Positions 39,037 to 52,584 of a stretch of DNA of 64,000 nucleotides are shown piece by piece (position 1 is the stretch's first letter; every line of letters starts with the position of its first letter). The DNA comes from Camelus ferus. Lineage: Eukaryota. The stretch lies in the NCBI RefSeq assembly GCF_009834535.1, contig NC_045707.1, positions 62,622,001-62,686,000 of the forward strand. Reading direction: 5' to 3'. The position numbers and the translations under genes are program-made. The notes under the pieces are model-generated. The model saw only the letters and a list, made by a program, of their open reading frames with translations. It searched no databases and was not told the origin of the DNA.

Positions 39037-39999
39037 AAAGTAAAACTCTTTAGCATTGTGTATATGGATGGCACCTAAGAGGTTGCCTAAACTAAAACAT
39101 AGATTACATATTTTAGAATATAAACCGTTGCACAAATAGCATAAGAATAAAACAATAAAACTAACACTACGGAAAAGGTATTATTCAAACCTCAATTAAC
39201 TTTAAAGTGTTTTATCATATGTGTGAAAGTGTACGTACTGGCAGCAAAGAGGTATAAAGTTGACGGAAGAGCCTGTAACTCCTTCCTCCACGGAAGCTCG
39301 TCCGCAGCTCCGCTGGCCAGCACTTCCACTGAACACATCTTGCTAGATCGCGTTCGTGTTGACTGGGGTACTTCCTGTTCATTTAAAATCTCCTTGACAG
39401 CCTATTGTTCCCCTTTCTCTGGTAAACAACCTCTTGAATTTCATTGCATGCCTGTAAAGTTCACGTACCTGACCTATTTACTCATGCAATTGCACTACCT
39501 CACTTTTGGCATTTAATGTACTCATCCTCCGAATCTGGATATGCCAAGATCTGTGTATGGCATTTCATTGCCTTCACTCGAACTTCTCATTAAGTGGTGA
39601 TGGGTTGGGACAGTAAGAATGACTGGAAAGTTACTTCTAAATACCAATTATTACAAAATGTTTAAAATATTAGAATAATCTCTATAAATCAGACGTATGC
39701 AAGCGGTCTGGACTAGCAGAGGTAAGTAGGAAAAATTAAATGGAGGTTTGTGAAGTGTCATTCTTAATTGTGAGGACATTCTTCTTTTATTTATTTAAGA
39801 AATATTTGTTGAGCAATGAGTGGGCAGTGCACTAAAGTTTCACTGGTGAATAATGAGATATACAAATAAATAATTTCAGTGTAATGAGATAATTAACAAA
39901 AACAAAGTATGATGTGCCAGCATATGGGAAGAACGGCTAGAATCAGAGAGCTTCACTTTAAAGACACAGAGGAGGCCATTTGTAACAAATGCAATTGGT

Positions 40000-40455
40000 A
40001 CGTTACTTATACCACTTCAATGCTTGCTGTTCGACTCGCAGTGAACAATATCTGGATCTCTTTGCCAGAAGTCTGTCTCATGAGGGGAAGAAAACGATTG
40101 TGGCAAGATCCTGACAGGCTAGGGGTATCAAGGCGTTAATAACACTACCCCATTCCCTAAGAGGCAAGCCTCAATCAATGTCTAACAGGAGTTAAGGGCT
40201 GAAGACTCACTCACTTGCTATCCTATGGAATAATTCCAAAATGTGTATTTTATACCATTTCCCAAAGTCCTCGGCAGATCTAAGCTCTAGTCACTCATAA
40301 CGGCTATTCACTTGAAAAAACTGTCTTTATTCTCGGCCACCCCTTTCCAGTCTCCCTTACCACATTCCTTCAGTGTTTCTTTTCTTACACCTGCCAAAGC
40401 CACTGCCTCAAATCATCATTTCAGAGTCTGCTTCTGGAGAACACAAATTAAAACA
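40000..40455 (+). mobile_element. ERVL solo LTR (LTR16-like)
   Basis: 3' end ...cccctttccagtctcccttaccacattcc...cagagtctgcttctggagaacacaaattaaaaca matches the LTR16 terminus. Confidence 0.8.
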
Positions 40456-41764
40456 CCTTCGATTGTAGCAATGTCAAAAGTGGAAGAATCTCTATTATAA
40501 TGAGCATTTACAGCTGAAAAAACATACTAAACATTTATATGCTATAAAGTTGACCAACTCTCCTTTTTGTCTTATTTCATGAATTTATTATTTCCTTTTA
40601 CTACAATATGAGAAAACTCTGAGCCAAGATGGTATCATCCCTTGGGGCGGTAGAAACAGCAAGACATTGCACCAAATTTGGCCGTATTGGCTCATTTTTA
40701 GGGATAATTTGAAAACTAGCTGAAATTTTGCCCCTGTTGTAAAAGTTGCTCTTTAGAACAAAAGAAGAGATTTCATTGATTTGAGGATTTTTAAAAAAGA
40801 CCTTGATTTCCTTCTTTTTAGCTAAATCGCCATCACCTAGTATTTTTCAACAATGTTTATCATCAAAAGTATTTCTGGTTATATCAAAGGATATCACTAA
40901 ATCATTTGGTAGCAGGGAAAAGAAAATATATTCAAGTAGCTTTCTAAATATTTAGATGCAATAGGGATGTTAAAGTATAAAAAGGGAGAGAAAACTTAGA
41001 AGTTGTATTCTCCTATCCTATGCTTCCTCTGCACACCGTTAGCAAATGTTGGAAAAGCTCAGAGACTTGGATTATATTGTCTCATAAGTCTGTTTTATTG
41101 CCAGATAGACAATGTTAACATGTCTACCAACTGGTCCCACTTCTCCCCCAATGAGCCATATTAAAGTGTGTTTCATTTTTTTCTGGCATCACAACTCATC
41201 CAACCCTGAAGGAAGCTATTTAAATTCTACCTAAGGCTTTTTGGGGAGATTATATAGTATAAGAATTTGAAACTAGAAAATACTGAGAATTATAGACATT
41301 AGTATCAAACACATATTACTTTTTATCCCAGCTTATCAAGGGGAAAATATATTCTTTATCCGTAATGAGAATATTCCTCCTGAAAGGCCCTCAAGTCCTG
41401 GGTTAGCCAAGGATTGTGAAATTTGACAAAATATAATTTTGAATTTTTTTTTGTCAAGTATACTTGGAATTGCTGAAATGCACACAGTAAAATCTTATAC
41501 ACATACGCAGCTCCAACACTTCCTTCTGCACGTTTAAGTAGCATAAATAAAAGTGTAGAAAAAATAGGAATTGAAAATTGAAAAATTGTTAAGCAGAGTG
41601 GAAAAGGAATTTAGCTGCAAAAATCTGCTCCAGTCCTAGAGTCGGGTGGTGAATATTTTTCTAGATGACTCAAAAGATTTTTCTGCAGAGTCTTAGGGAA
41701 TTCCTCTTATTAACCCATGGCACATGGATACTGAGTACCCAAGTAATAAGCAAGCAGCAGCAGC

Positions 41765-41955
41765 AACAGTAATTACAAAAGTGGCTGAAATTCATGAACC
41801 CTATGTGCCAAAGAGTCTTCTAAGTCCTGCACCTCTATGTATGCATTATTCACGAGGAAACTGAGACACAGAAGGATTCATTATCTTGCTCAAGGTCACA
41901 CAGCTGTTGAGTGACAAAGCTCAGATTAGAACCCAAGCAGTACAAATGATAACCA
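41765..41955 (-). mobile_element. MIR SINE
   Basis: gaggaaactgagacacagaagg...cttgctcaaggtcacacagctg...gattagaacccaagcag. Confidence 0.85.
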
Positions 41956-44829
41956 TTATGCTGCTCTAAATGCAGTTATATCACAACAGTTATTTCAATA
42001 GTATGAAAATTATAACAAAAAGTTTTTGCAGCAAGGCATAAAGTTGATCAGGAGCCTGAACGACTGATCCCTTTCCTCTGGGCTGACTGGATACAAAATT
42101 CTGAAAGGAATAATACAAACACTTAAGAGTTACTCTGGAAGGAAAATTAGGTTTGCTTGAGAGAATGTTAACTTGTTGGCATACTGTAGGCATAGACTCT
42201 CCAGAGGACTGGGATGTGCAAAAATATTCCACCTTTGGCTTTAAAAGATGAGACTTTCAAATAGATGTTCGAACACATAGTAAATGCATGTTTCTCAGAT
42301 TTGATGGTATTCATTAATGATGAAACAAAGATGCTGCTAGGAAAGATGTTCTTGGGTGAATTATCAAGAGGTACAAAACCTAAGATCACAAACCTGACTG
42401 GATTCAAATTATGACAGAAACTGGAAACATTTCTTAAGCTGAAAACAAGGGTTTTTATTAAAATTAATGAATCTTTTGCTCAATTTGAAAGAGTTGCAGT
42501 TGTGTCTGTTAGAGCTGTTGCTGAGTTGATCTGTTCTTTCTCAACTCTTGAAATAATGTCAGTTACCACATTATATAAATCAGTGGTGCAGTTAATAACG
42601 TGGAAATGTGTCCCACAACACATCCCTGCTGACATTTGTGGACCAGCTGTGCCACTGCCAGTTTAGTTACCACACTCTGACTTGGCCTAAATGGCAAACC
42701 TATAATCAAAGGGGAAAAAAATAAAAATAAAATATGGACAATATTGCCCATGCTCCCATCCTAACCTTTTTCCTTAAGAAGAAAAAATACATGTTATAAA
42801 ACTCTTCTTTTCCAACTTCAAAGGACAGATGTATTGAAATAGAATTTCCACTGAGGCAAAGATAATAGAGCAAGAAAACAAATGAGAGGCTGGCATAGGG
42901 TGTGCTGTGTTCAGTAATCAGCACTGCCAGTCAGTACGGACTTGTTACTGTAATGAATTCTCAAGTGTCATTATTAAGAGAAATGAGTGTCTGTTATTTC
43001 AGAAAGTAAAGTGAATGAATTCCCTGCCAATCCAAGAGACTTCTGACAACTTTTCCTTTTAGCTCTATCATTATTGTATACATCAATGCCATAATAAGGT
43101 ATATCCCCACTTTGGGAACATTGAAATGCAGGCACATGTAGTAAACCTTTCTTCGGCTGGCATTGTCCATATTTACTATAAATTTTTCTTGATTTCTGAC
43201 TTGTGCATTATGTACCCCTTGGTAAGCAAGCTCACTTAATCCAAGAGAAAATGAACCCAAGTGAAATCAGCCAACTTTAGAGTAGGTAAGACAGAGGCAC
43301 AGCATAACAGAAAGGTCATAGGTTTTACTGTCAGAGAAGCTAGGATTTCTCTGTGATACTGACCTGCATATTTAACCACGGGCTTAAGTTTACTCATCCA
43401 GAAAATGGAGGTAATATTATCTATCTTGTAGATAGATATTGTGAAGATGACATTCATACATCACAGATCTACAAGTTCAACATTGCTTTTTAGCACATTC
43501 ACAGTTTACTTTCACCTTAAAAAGACTTAGGAGTGACGATATAGATGATGCTCCAATAATCAAATGAAAGTAGAGAGCTTTGTATTATCTCTGTTTTATA
43601 ATGTTTTAACTCATCATTCTAACATCTTCTGAATCTTTGGAATTCAGTACTACTTTTTTCACTGACCTAAGAGTTCAATGTACTCAGCAGGGCTCCACAT
43701 TCTAGGACAAAGACTTAGACAATAGCACATTTTCAAACAAATCCCTGTTGACTCAAATAAATGAATGAATGAATGCATGAGAAACTGGAAAGGAGTCGTA
43801 AGGATTGTTATGAACTTTTCACTTTATTCTAAATGGAAATAATTCTTTATGAAGAATCATACCAATTTGAGAACCCCCATTTCAGAAGTCAAGATTTGAC
43901 AAGTGAATACAGTGAAAAGAAATAGATGTTTTAACTTGCCCTTAACATAAATAAAGCCATATCTTAACATTCTCTACAAATTGGTAGCATAATTTTCAAA
44001 ATGAAAAAAAGAAGACTCAGGGAAAAAAACATCTGATCTAAAGAAATCTAACTCCGTCTAAAACTAAAAGCACTAAAAGAATGGCTTTGTTTGCATACTA
44101 AGTTCAAGTTGAGGGTAGAATGACTTATCATGTGTTACCTTTCATAGAAAGACATAGTACGCTTTCAAGTTCATGACAGTGTTTAGAAATCATTTTTTAA
44201 TAAGCGGTTATTTTTATCAGTATAATTCAAAAACATAAAAATATCACTATACCTTTTATAAAGAAAATTCTACAGAGAATAAAAAAAATAGCTGGGATTC
44301 TCATGTCTCAGCATTACTACCATGCTGCCAACGGTCTTACATTTGTCAAGGATCCAGAATTCCATCGTGTGATTTTCTTTCAGTTTTCCTACCTTGCTCT
44401 CTCACTCTAGTTTCAGTATATTATTCCTAAGTATCCAGTGAAGTCCTGAGTGTAAATGGCAGTTATGGAATCTTTCTCTATGGCCAGAGGTCCTTGGATT
44501 TCAAAACATGAACGAGGCCACATTCAGCCAATAAATGTTAAAGTTTTGGCTGTTTTTTTTTCCCCCCTACCTCATTCTGTGGTACAGTTTTCCTCTTCCT
44601 GTTGCTTCACCAAGAATGCAAGCAAGTCGTGATTTCTTACACCTAAAGAGAGTTTTCGCAGTGTGCATTTTAATTCACATGGATTTCTTATTGTCCTCAG
44701 CTTCCTCACATATGCAAGAGAACTATGGCGCTGTAGCTTGTACCATCTGTGTTAGAGTGAGAGCAATGGTTTCCTGCAGATCTCTACATCCTAGTCAGAA
44801 TCAGAAAGCTTATCTTTGGATGATTATTC

Positions 44830-45054
44830 TCACTGAAATTAGAGTTCAAGTGTAACAGGTATTTTCTTTCAAACTTTAACAATGTAGTCCCTCTGTCTTC
44901 TAGCTTTCAGCATTTATTTGATAAATTATCTGTTAGTGTTATTTTTGCTCTTCTGAAAGTAAAGTCTCTTTTTTCTTCTGGCTGCTTATAAGATTTTCTT
45001 TTTCTTATTTCTTTCCTTCTTTCCTTCTTTTCTTCCTTTCTTTCTTTCTTCTTT

Positions 45055-45088
<34 letters not shown>

Positions 45089-45720
45089 TCCTTCCTTCCT
45101 TCCTTCCTTCCTTCCTTTCTCTCTCTCTCTGGCAGTTCTATTATGATATGTCTTGCTGTGATTTTTCCCTCCTCTTTCTCCTCCTCTTTCTCTATTTATG
45201 CTTCACATGGTTTATAGGTCTTCTTGAATCTGAAGGTTCATGTCTTTCAACAGTTTTGGATTTTTTTTTTTTTTTTTGGACATTCAACTCTCCATTGTTT
45301 CTCATTTTCTCTCTCCTTTTCTTCCAGAATTTTTTTCAATATGAAATAAAGAATATATTCTGTATTTCACTGTTCCTCACATGACTCAAATTATTTAGTG
45401 TATTTATATTTTTCCAGATTTTCAGATTTAGCATATGTTTTGCAGTCTTCCATTGTGCCGATACAGTCTTGTTTATATTTCACTTTTAGTAATTTTAGTT
45501 ACTGTAATGTCCAGATCTAGAATTTCCATTTGATATCTTAGATTTAAGTTTTCTAGTAATATTTTCCATTTTTCATCTTTCTATATTTATTTCTCTAGCT
45601 TATTAAATATATTAATCACAGTTGTTGTAAAGAACTCTGCTAACTTCTTTATCAGAATTAACTTAGTATTGATTTTTATTGTCATGTAGTCACGTACTCC
45701 TTTCTCTTTGCAGAGGAAGT
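44830..45720 (-). mobile_element. Ancient L1 ORF1-region remnant (L1ME/HAL1-like)
   Basis: ctctgtcttctagctttcagc...ttttcttctggctgcttataagattttct...tctagaatttccatttg is antisense ORF1. Confidence 0.75.
44995..45130. repeat. Compound microsatellite (TTTC/TTCC)n-(TGCC)8-(TTCC)7-(CT)n
   Basis: Read directly from the sequence. Confidence 0.95.
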
Positions 45721-48029
45721 CACCAGCATTACAGCAAAAAATGTAAAGTCTTCTCAAAATATCCTCTTCACCCAGAATGTGTCCTCCCTATTCTAGCTCA
45801 TAGTGTTTGCTCATTTCCTTAATTCAGTCTAGAACTAAAATAAACTAAACCTTGGAAGGAGTTTTGGAAGTATTCATCTGCCTTGGGTTTACCTACTACT
45901 TTGCTGTAGGCCTTCCCCAGCTATTTTTTTTATCCAACTATTTGAAATTTATAAATATATTCTTGGATTAGTCTGGGTTCTTACATTACAGATTACAAAA
46001 CCTAATTCTAACTAACTTAATAAAAATAGGGAAAAAAGGACAGACGAAGGGGCCAGGCTTGCAATAAAAGACAAGCAACATCCCATGAATTAGGTTAGTG
46101 CTGAGTGAATGAGTATTAGCAACTGTTTAACTGGCTGATTTAAGTGTCTTGGCATAACGCAGCTGAAATACAGTTCCTCCTTTTAAAATGTTTGTTTCAC
46201 TTTATACAAGGTACAAATTTCTGATACTGAAAAAAATGTCTTAATTTTATTAGTTGGGATCAGTCAATAACAAGTTTGGTAGGAGAATGTAAAATCTTTC
46301 AAAAATCTGTGGAAGGCACATAAATTTGGTTTCTGATTGACTAAAAAGTTCTTTCTAAATAAGCATAAGGAAAAAGCACAAATATTAATATTTCCTGTTA
46401 CTGTCTTATTACACAGATGGTATAGTGCATAGAGAACCATTGTACACTCAGGGCATTAAAGCAAAACAAACAAACAAAAGTCTATTATGTGAAGCCAATA
46501 TAAGGTCCAGCCTCATTTCTAGGATGGCTAGTTATTTCTAATATTTCTGTGTGGCTCACTAGGATCCAGAATTTTATGGCTTTGATGTATTTGAGAAGTT
46601 TTATCTGTGATGTAAAAGATACTTTATTCAAACGCTGTATCTAGTTCTTTATATGATATGTTTAAGTGAATCTAAATAATAATAATGTGAATATGACGTA
46701 CTAATATTTAAAAGTGTTAAGAAACTTCTTTTTGCAGTGTGAATCATGAAATGTTACTGCTGGAAGGAACATTAGTGATCAGATAACCTTAGCATATCGT
46801 TTTACGTTAATTATTCTGTGTAAATGTGCTGAGTCAGAATGAACTGTGCCTGGAATTGGTGCACTTTTAGTTTTACAAATTCTGACGTTGTTGGGCCTCA
46901 GGTCATGGTAGGTGACTTATCTGTTTAATCAGATGGCTTCTCATTTAGTAAATAAAAGATACATTTATTTTAATAGGCCTAATATGTGAATTTTCTTTTT
47001 TTATATGGCTCTAGATTTCCATGTAGAAAGCAGCTGAACACGAACATCATAAGTTGGTGCGCTGACCATAGTGCACATTGATATTCATGCCAGTGTTGCC
47101 TGATATCATGAGAAACAAAAAATGCAAATTAGTTATCAGTAATACGAGCTTTTACATAGGAAGAAATGGTATTATTAAGCGTTGTAAATAATAAAACTGA
47201 ATAACCAGTTAGCCACAGTCACCAAACTTAGTCACAGAGAGCTCTTCATCGTTAGCACAACAGCAATAGCAACACAGAGGATCAGGTTGTTTGTCCAAGA
47301 TCACACAGCTGGTTAAACAGCAGAAACAGGAATGGCATTCTCATATGCAAACATTGGGCTTTTTTCCAAAAATTTCTGCTGTAGGAGGGGTGCTTTTTCA
47401 GCAAGGAACATTTGCATCATGTGTTCTTATTATTGGTGTTTTTCCAAAGAAGCACTTTATCTTTGTCCTTGAAGGGCTTACAGTCTAGCTGACAGAAGGC
47501 ATATAAAGGTGAAATGTGTCAAACTTATTAAAGGTAATATCTTCATAAGTGCAAATTAACATAGTAAAAAAGTGATGGTGTGAGAAGCGGCAAATGATAC
47601 AGAGCAATAAGGTGCTTTGTGGAGAAGACAAATTTCGAATCAGGTTTTGAAGATGATGAAGATGAATGAGTGGAGATATTACAGAAAAAAATCCCATGAT
47701 TAAAAACACAAAGGGAGGAATGAGTGTTACTAAGAGCTTAGTGAAACTGTTTCAGGGGTGCGGATAGACAAGTGGTGAAGCAGGCACTGGAGACCTAGAA
47801 AGCTATTCAGAAGGCCTTGGATTTGATAGAACAGGAAATACTAAAGCCAAGCCATAGTTTCTGTAGAGGATTATCACACAATGAAAATGGATCTGAAAAG
47901 ACTATTTCAGTAATAGTGGTAGTATAGCTAAAACAAAACCAAAACCAGCCTTTCCATAGCAAATAGCATTTCTTTAGTTCAATTTTCTCATTATCCTTCA
48001 CAACTACCATTTTGTGCCACTAAGTCCTA

Positions 48030-49020
48030 ATTGTCTTCTTGCATTTATTTACCTTCCCAAGTTTTAGTTACTAGGTAATAACCCAGAAAGATATATTTCT
48101 TAGCCTCTTTTAGTGTAAGTGCATCCATGCACTCACTCTGGGCCAGCGATATATATGTGAGGAAATGATGTGAGTAACATTGAATCCATCACCTTAACTA
48201 CAAGCTACCAACACCAGACTTCCTCTTTCACCTTCTTCTGGTCTGGGTAGGAGAAATGAGCACTAGCCAGCACTGATGCCAGGAGCAAGTACAGAACACT
48301 TGGAGATGACAGAGCGAGAAGAAAGAAACCTGCATCCCTAAATATTTTCTTGGAAAGATCTTTTCCACCAGCCTTGGAAAATTCACTTCTCTACAGTTTT
48401 GTGTGAGATAAACTTGCTTGTCACTCAAGCCACTAAATGAGGGGGTTTCTTGTTCCAGCAGTATAGCCTGAATATAAAACTGGTACCTGAAAGAAGGACT
48501 TTGCAGCAATAAAAATTAAAAATACTTGGCATTGTCTTTATATGTGACAGCTGATGGAAAAAAGGATATAGTATATTCTGATATGCTGGTGGCAATTGTC
48601 CTGAGAAAAACATTTGGTGAACTATAACCTGTAATAATTGGGAGTCATACCAAATGCCTTTGAACTTGTGGCTGTAGGGGAAGAGGATGGAAAAACACAG
48701 ATTTCTTACTGTTCCTACTACTTTTAGCAAAATTCTATAAAAAAGAGATAAGCCCAGGCAAGAATCTGTCAGTTTGCAAGCAGAGGCAGAAGCAGGGGTC
48801 TCTCTGCCTGTGGCCAGTAATCTAAATTACTGAGAATCAGCAGACTCAGAGAGATGGAAAAGCCAGTGTCTCTGTCCTGAACAGCAGGAGATAAGATTGT
48901 CACTCAGAGCCTTTCCCGGTCAGACCCAGTCAGCCAATATTCAAAAATAAGATTTAGGGTAAATCCTCTCAATCAAGCCTATTGTTTCATTTGGTAACCA
49001 CTCCTGAACTGAGAGAGACA
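48030..49020 (+). mobile_element. MaLR LTR (MLT1I/J-like) joined to internal sequence
   Basis: LTR motifs agaaacctgcatccct and gtgagataaacttgcttgtcactcaagccact; LTR end near 48475, followed by aaactggtacc (MLT-int start) and catttggtgaactataacctgtaataattggg. Confidence 0.75.
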
Positions 49021-49289
49021 GGAAGGGGAAACTTAACAGGTGCTAATAATGGTTGCCCAATGTAATGCAATTAATTCCTTTACTGAAAACAGAATGAGGT
49101 AGATAAATGAGGGAGTGGGAGGAGATAGCTTAAGGGGCATTGATGATCTGCAAAGACAATGGAGAACTCCTAGCTGAATTTTTATTAAAAGCCTGTAAGC
49201 AGAAAGAGGTATCAGAGAATACAAATAGATTTGTTTGTTTCCTTTTTTGGTTCTGGAATTCATGTTCTGTTGTTTGCACTTTATTTTAT

Positions 49290-49425
49290 CACATGTGGTC
49301 TGGAAACTATCTTCATCAGAACCATGTGAATTGCTTGGTAAAATACATATCTTTGGTCTAACCAACATCTAATAAATCAGATCTCTGCTGGTAGGCTACT
49401 AAAACTTTTTCTTTTTAAGATGTGC
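49290..49425. mobile_element. MER5-like hAT fragment
   Basis: tgtggtctggaaac...catcagaacca...gcttggtaaaatacatat...aatcagatctctg. Confidence 0.5.
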
Positions 49426-51672
49426 CTTGTTATAAATGAATCTTTCAAAAAAAACTTAACCTCTTTTTCCTTAAGTTTTAAATTATATGAAAGTTAACCA
49501 CTTCATATGAACACATATGAACCTTTTGTTAAATACAGTTATCTTAGAATTCAAATAATATATTATACCAAAAAAAGAGTAAAGTTAAGAAACAACATGG
49601 TTATGAAACATGTCTTTGAAGAATCAATATTAGGCATAGGAAATACAGAAATAATCTCTGCTGGTAGCACTCTATATATCTTTTATGATAATTTTTGCCT
49701 GCGCTTATTTTTGATTGCGTTAGTAGTCCCCTGTGCAACATGTGTATTAACCTGCCTGGTTAACTCACTTATTATAAATCAAGTATTACTTGAGATAAAA
49801 ATATAACTTTTTATAAATAAGACTGTATCATATTACAATTAAATATTAAAATGTCATTCAGGTCATTTTCTTGATAAAATACATATGGTAGCTATTCATA
49901 TACTTAATGGATCCACCAAGAGAATGACCATATATCTCAGATCAGTTATGCTTCCTCAGCTCTGGTGTAATTGCCATGCTCATCCCACAGGCCATTTTTA
50001 AAAAATTATTACACTGTTAAGGTACATTCCATCTTAACCAAATTAAATAAAGCATTTAACAAATTCAGCATTATAAAGAATTAGCTGGAATTTATATCCA
50101 GTTGACCACATATTTTAAATATGCATTTGTATTAATCATATATATATATATATAATCCTAGATATATATATATATCAGCTCTACTGATAAATTTGATCAG
50201 TAAGAATGGAAGCATCCAACTCTTTTGAAGGCTTTTTTGAGCTATTTCATATCATTACAAGATCTGAACAAGCTTAGAGGTACAAGTACTGAGTGGATGT
50301 GAAGTCCTCAGAAGGGTTGCCCTTAGAGAGAGGCAAATACTCTAAACCAACCTTCAGAGAAAACAGAAAAGTTGCCTGATAAGCAAACACACGATCAGCT
50401 ACCACCAGTGGGCAATGCTAGTTTCTATGGAAATGACGGTATGACAGTATGTTAATGACTTCCCTTTCTTCCTGGAAAACACTGCAGAAGGAACGCTAGT
50501 GCTACATCAATTACCAAGAAAAGGGGCAGAGGGAGACAGAGCCAAATTTAAGATATGTATATAACATGTGAAAAAAAAAAAAGATTTATTCTTGAAGAAA
50601 AAAAAGAAGAATTAGGCTGGGCTGCTCAGATCCTAAAATTGAGCACTGATGGGATCTACAGGGCAGATGCCCTGGACACTACTACAGTGGGTGACACTGC
50701 ACACCACACGAAGTGGGCTGCCTACTTAGAATCATCTTTTTGGGAGGGGCAGAGGGGCAAAATTTGATGTTGCATTCAAGTCATTTTTATTTAAATCTGT
50801 CATTATTCCTATATTTTTATGATTACCATTTAATGTGAGAATTAAATTTAAAATAATTTAAAGGAGCTTTGGAAGCTTGAAATGGACTTAAAAGTCTTTC
50901 CAATAGTACATACAGCTGATAGAGTGGAAAACAGTTCCTGACAACATTTTTTTTCACTCTCCAGATGCAGGTTTTAGATTTTTTTTTTTTTAAATCACAC
51001 AATGGAAAAGTAATGTATATTTTCCTACCATATTTTTTAAAATGACATCTCCTAATTTTTGGTATGTATCAAAATGTGAATTCATCCTAAAGTCCGTACA
51101 TAGTTGTAAAATTAAAAATTTAATGGCATGTTGAGGAAATACCCTATACCATTTAAGGCAGTATAGCTTTTTAACTCTGAAGTACTATTAACTTCAGAAC
51201 CTTTACTCAAACATGAATACATATGCCTTTAAATCTACCTCACTGTTTTCAATCTAACAGTTACCCAAGTTCACAAGGACTTTTTCTATTCTTACATTAT
51301 GATAAAACTCACAAATTATGAAGACCTTGCATAATTTTATGGCTCTGAGATCTTCAGAAAAAGTTATACAAATGATAATTGGAAAATCTTTTCATTATTG
51401 AAAACATTTCAAAGCCATGATACACTCATAAGACTTCAAAAAAGTTGTTTTCTTAGGTTACCTAGTGATTTAATCCCACTTACTGACAGCAAACATAAAC
51501 ATAGTAACAACCTCCCTTTTTCCCCACCATGAATTGTCTCATCACCATGCATTGGACATTCCAGGGCTCAGATGAAATCTTCATCTATACCTGCTGCAAA
51601 TGGCTGCAGACCAACCTTTGGATTCTGGGATGTGCAAACCAGTAAATGGTCTACCTTTGCAAGTTCAGACCT

Positions 51673-51705
51673 ATCACTTCTCGGCCTTTTGGCTAAGATC
51701 AAGTG
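51673..51705 (+). pseudogene. RNU2: U2 snRNA 5' fragment (nt 1-33) retropseudogene
   Basis: atcacttctcggccttttggctaagatcaagtg matches U2 nt 1-33 (atcgcttctcggccttttggctaagatcaagtg) with one mismatch. Flanked by the direct repeat tgcaagttcaga (51658-51669, 51704-51715). Confidence 0.95.
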
Positions 51706-52584
51706 CAAGTTCAGATGTAAGACTGAGCTTATGCAGGGCTTAAATCGGGTTCATGGCTGTTAGGGCATGGAATTCTGGGGTTCTAGTACCCAAAGTGAAG
51801 TCAAGGAGTAAGAACACATGTTCCAAATGGGTATGAGCTCTTGGCTTTGGAAATGCCTTACCCTGTAGAGAGACTCTGGGAGGGAGTCAAAGCACGACTC
51901 TCAAAAATGAAGGTACAAAGTGAGACCCCATTGCCTCGGTCTAAGGGCAGAGATGTTATGTGAAATGTCCATTTTATTTCCTTAAAAGCATCTTCAAGAT
52001 ATTTGGATCGCAGATATTATAGGATATTGCTGAATAGAGATCAACTTTTATCATTTTTTAAATTAAGATTTTTTTGAGAGCAGTTTCAGAATCACAGCAA
52101 AATTGAGGGAAGGAACAGATTTCCCCCATGCTCCCAGCCCCCACACATACATAGCTTCCTTTATTATTACCATCCCACACAAGAGATGAACGTTTGTTAC
52201 AATTAATAAACCTACATTGACATATCATAATCACTTAAAGTCTGTAGTTTGTATTACGGTTCACCCTTGGTATTCGTACAGTCTATAGGTTTGTACAAAC
52301 TCCTAATGTCGTGTATCTATCGTTATAGTACAGCACATAGCAATTTCACTGCCCTAAATATTTTCTGTGTTCTGTGTATTTATCCCTCTCACCACCAACC
52401 ACTGGTAACCACTTTTTTTTTTTAACTCTCTCCATAATTTTGCCTTTTCCAGAATGTCAGGTAGTTGGAATCATACATTATGTAGCATTTTCCTTCTGGC
52501 CTCTTTCACTTCATAATATTAAGTTTCCTCCATATCTTTTTATGGCTTGATAGTTCATTTCAAAGCAAAACAAAAAGACAGCCT

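Noticed and set aside
51673..51705. Functional U2 gene
   Set aside because: Only 33 nt long, with no Sm site or 3' stems, and flanked by a TSD.
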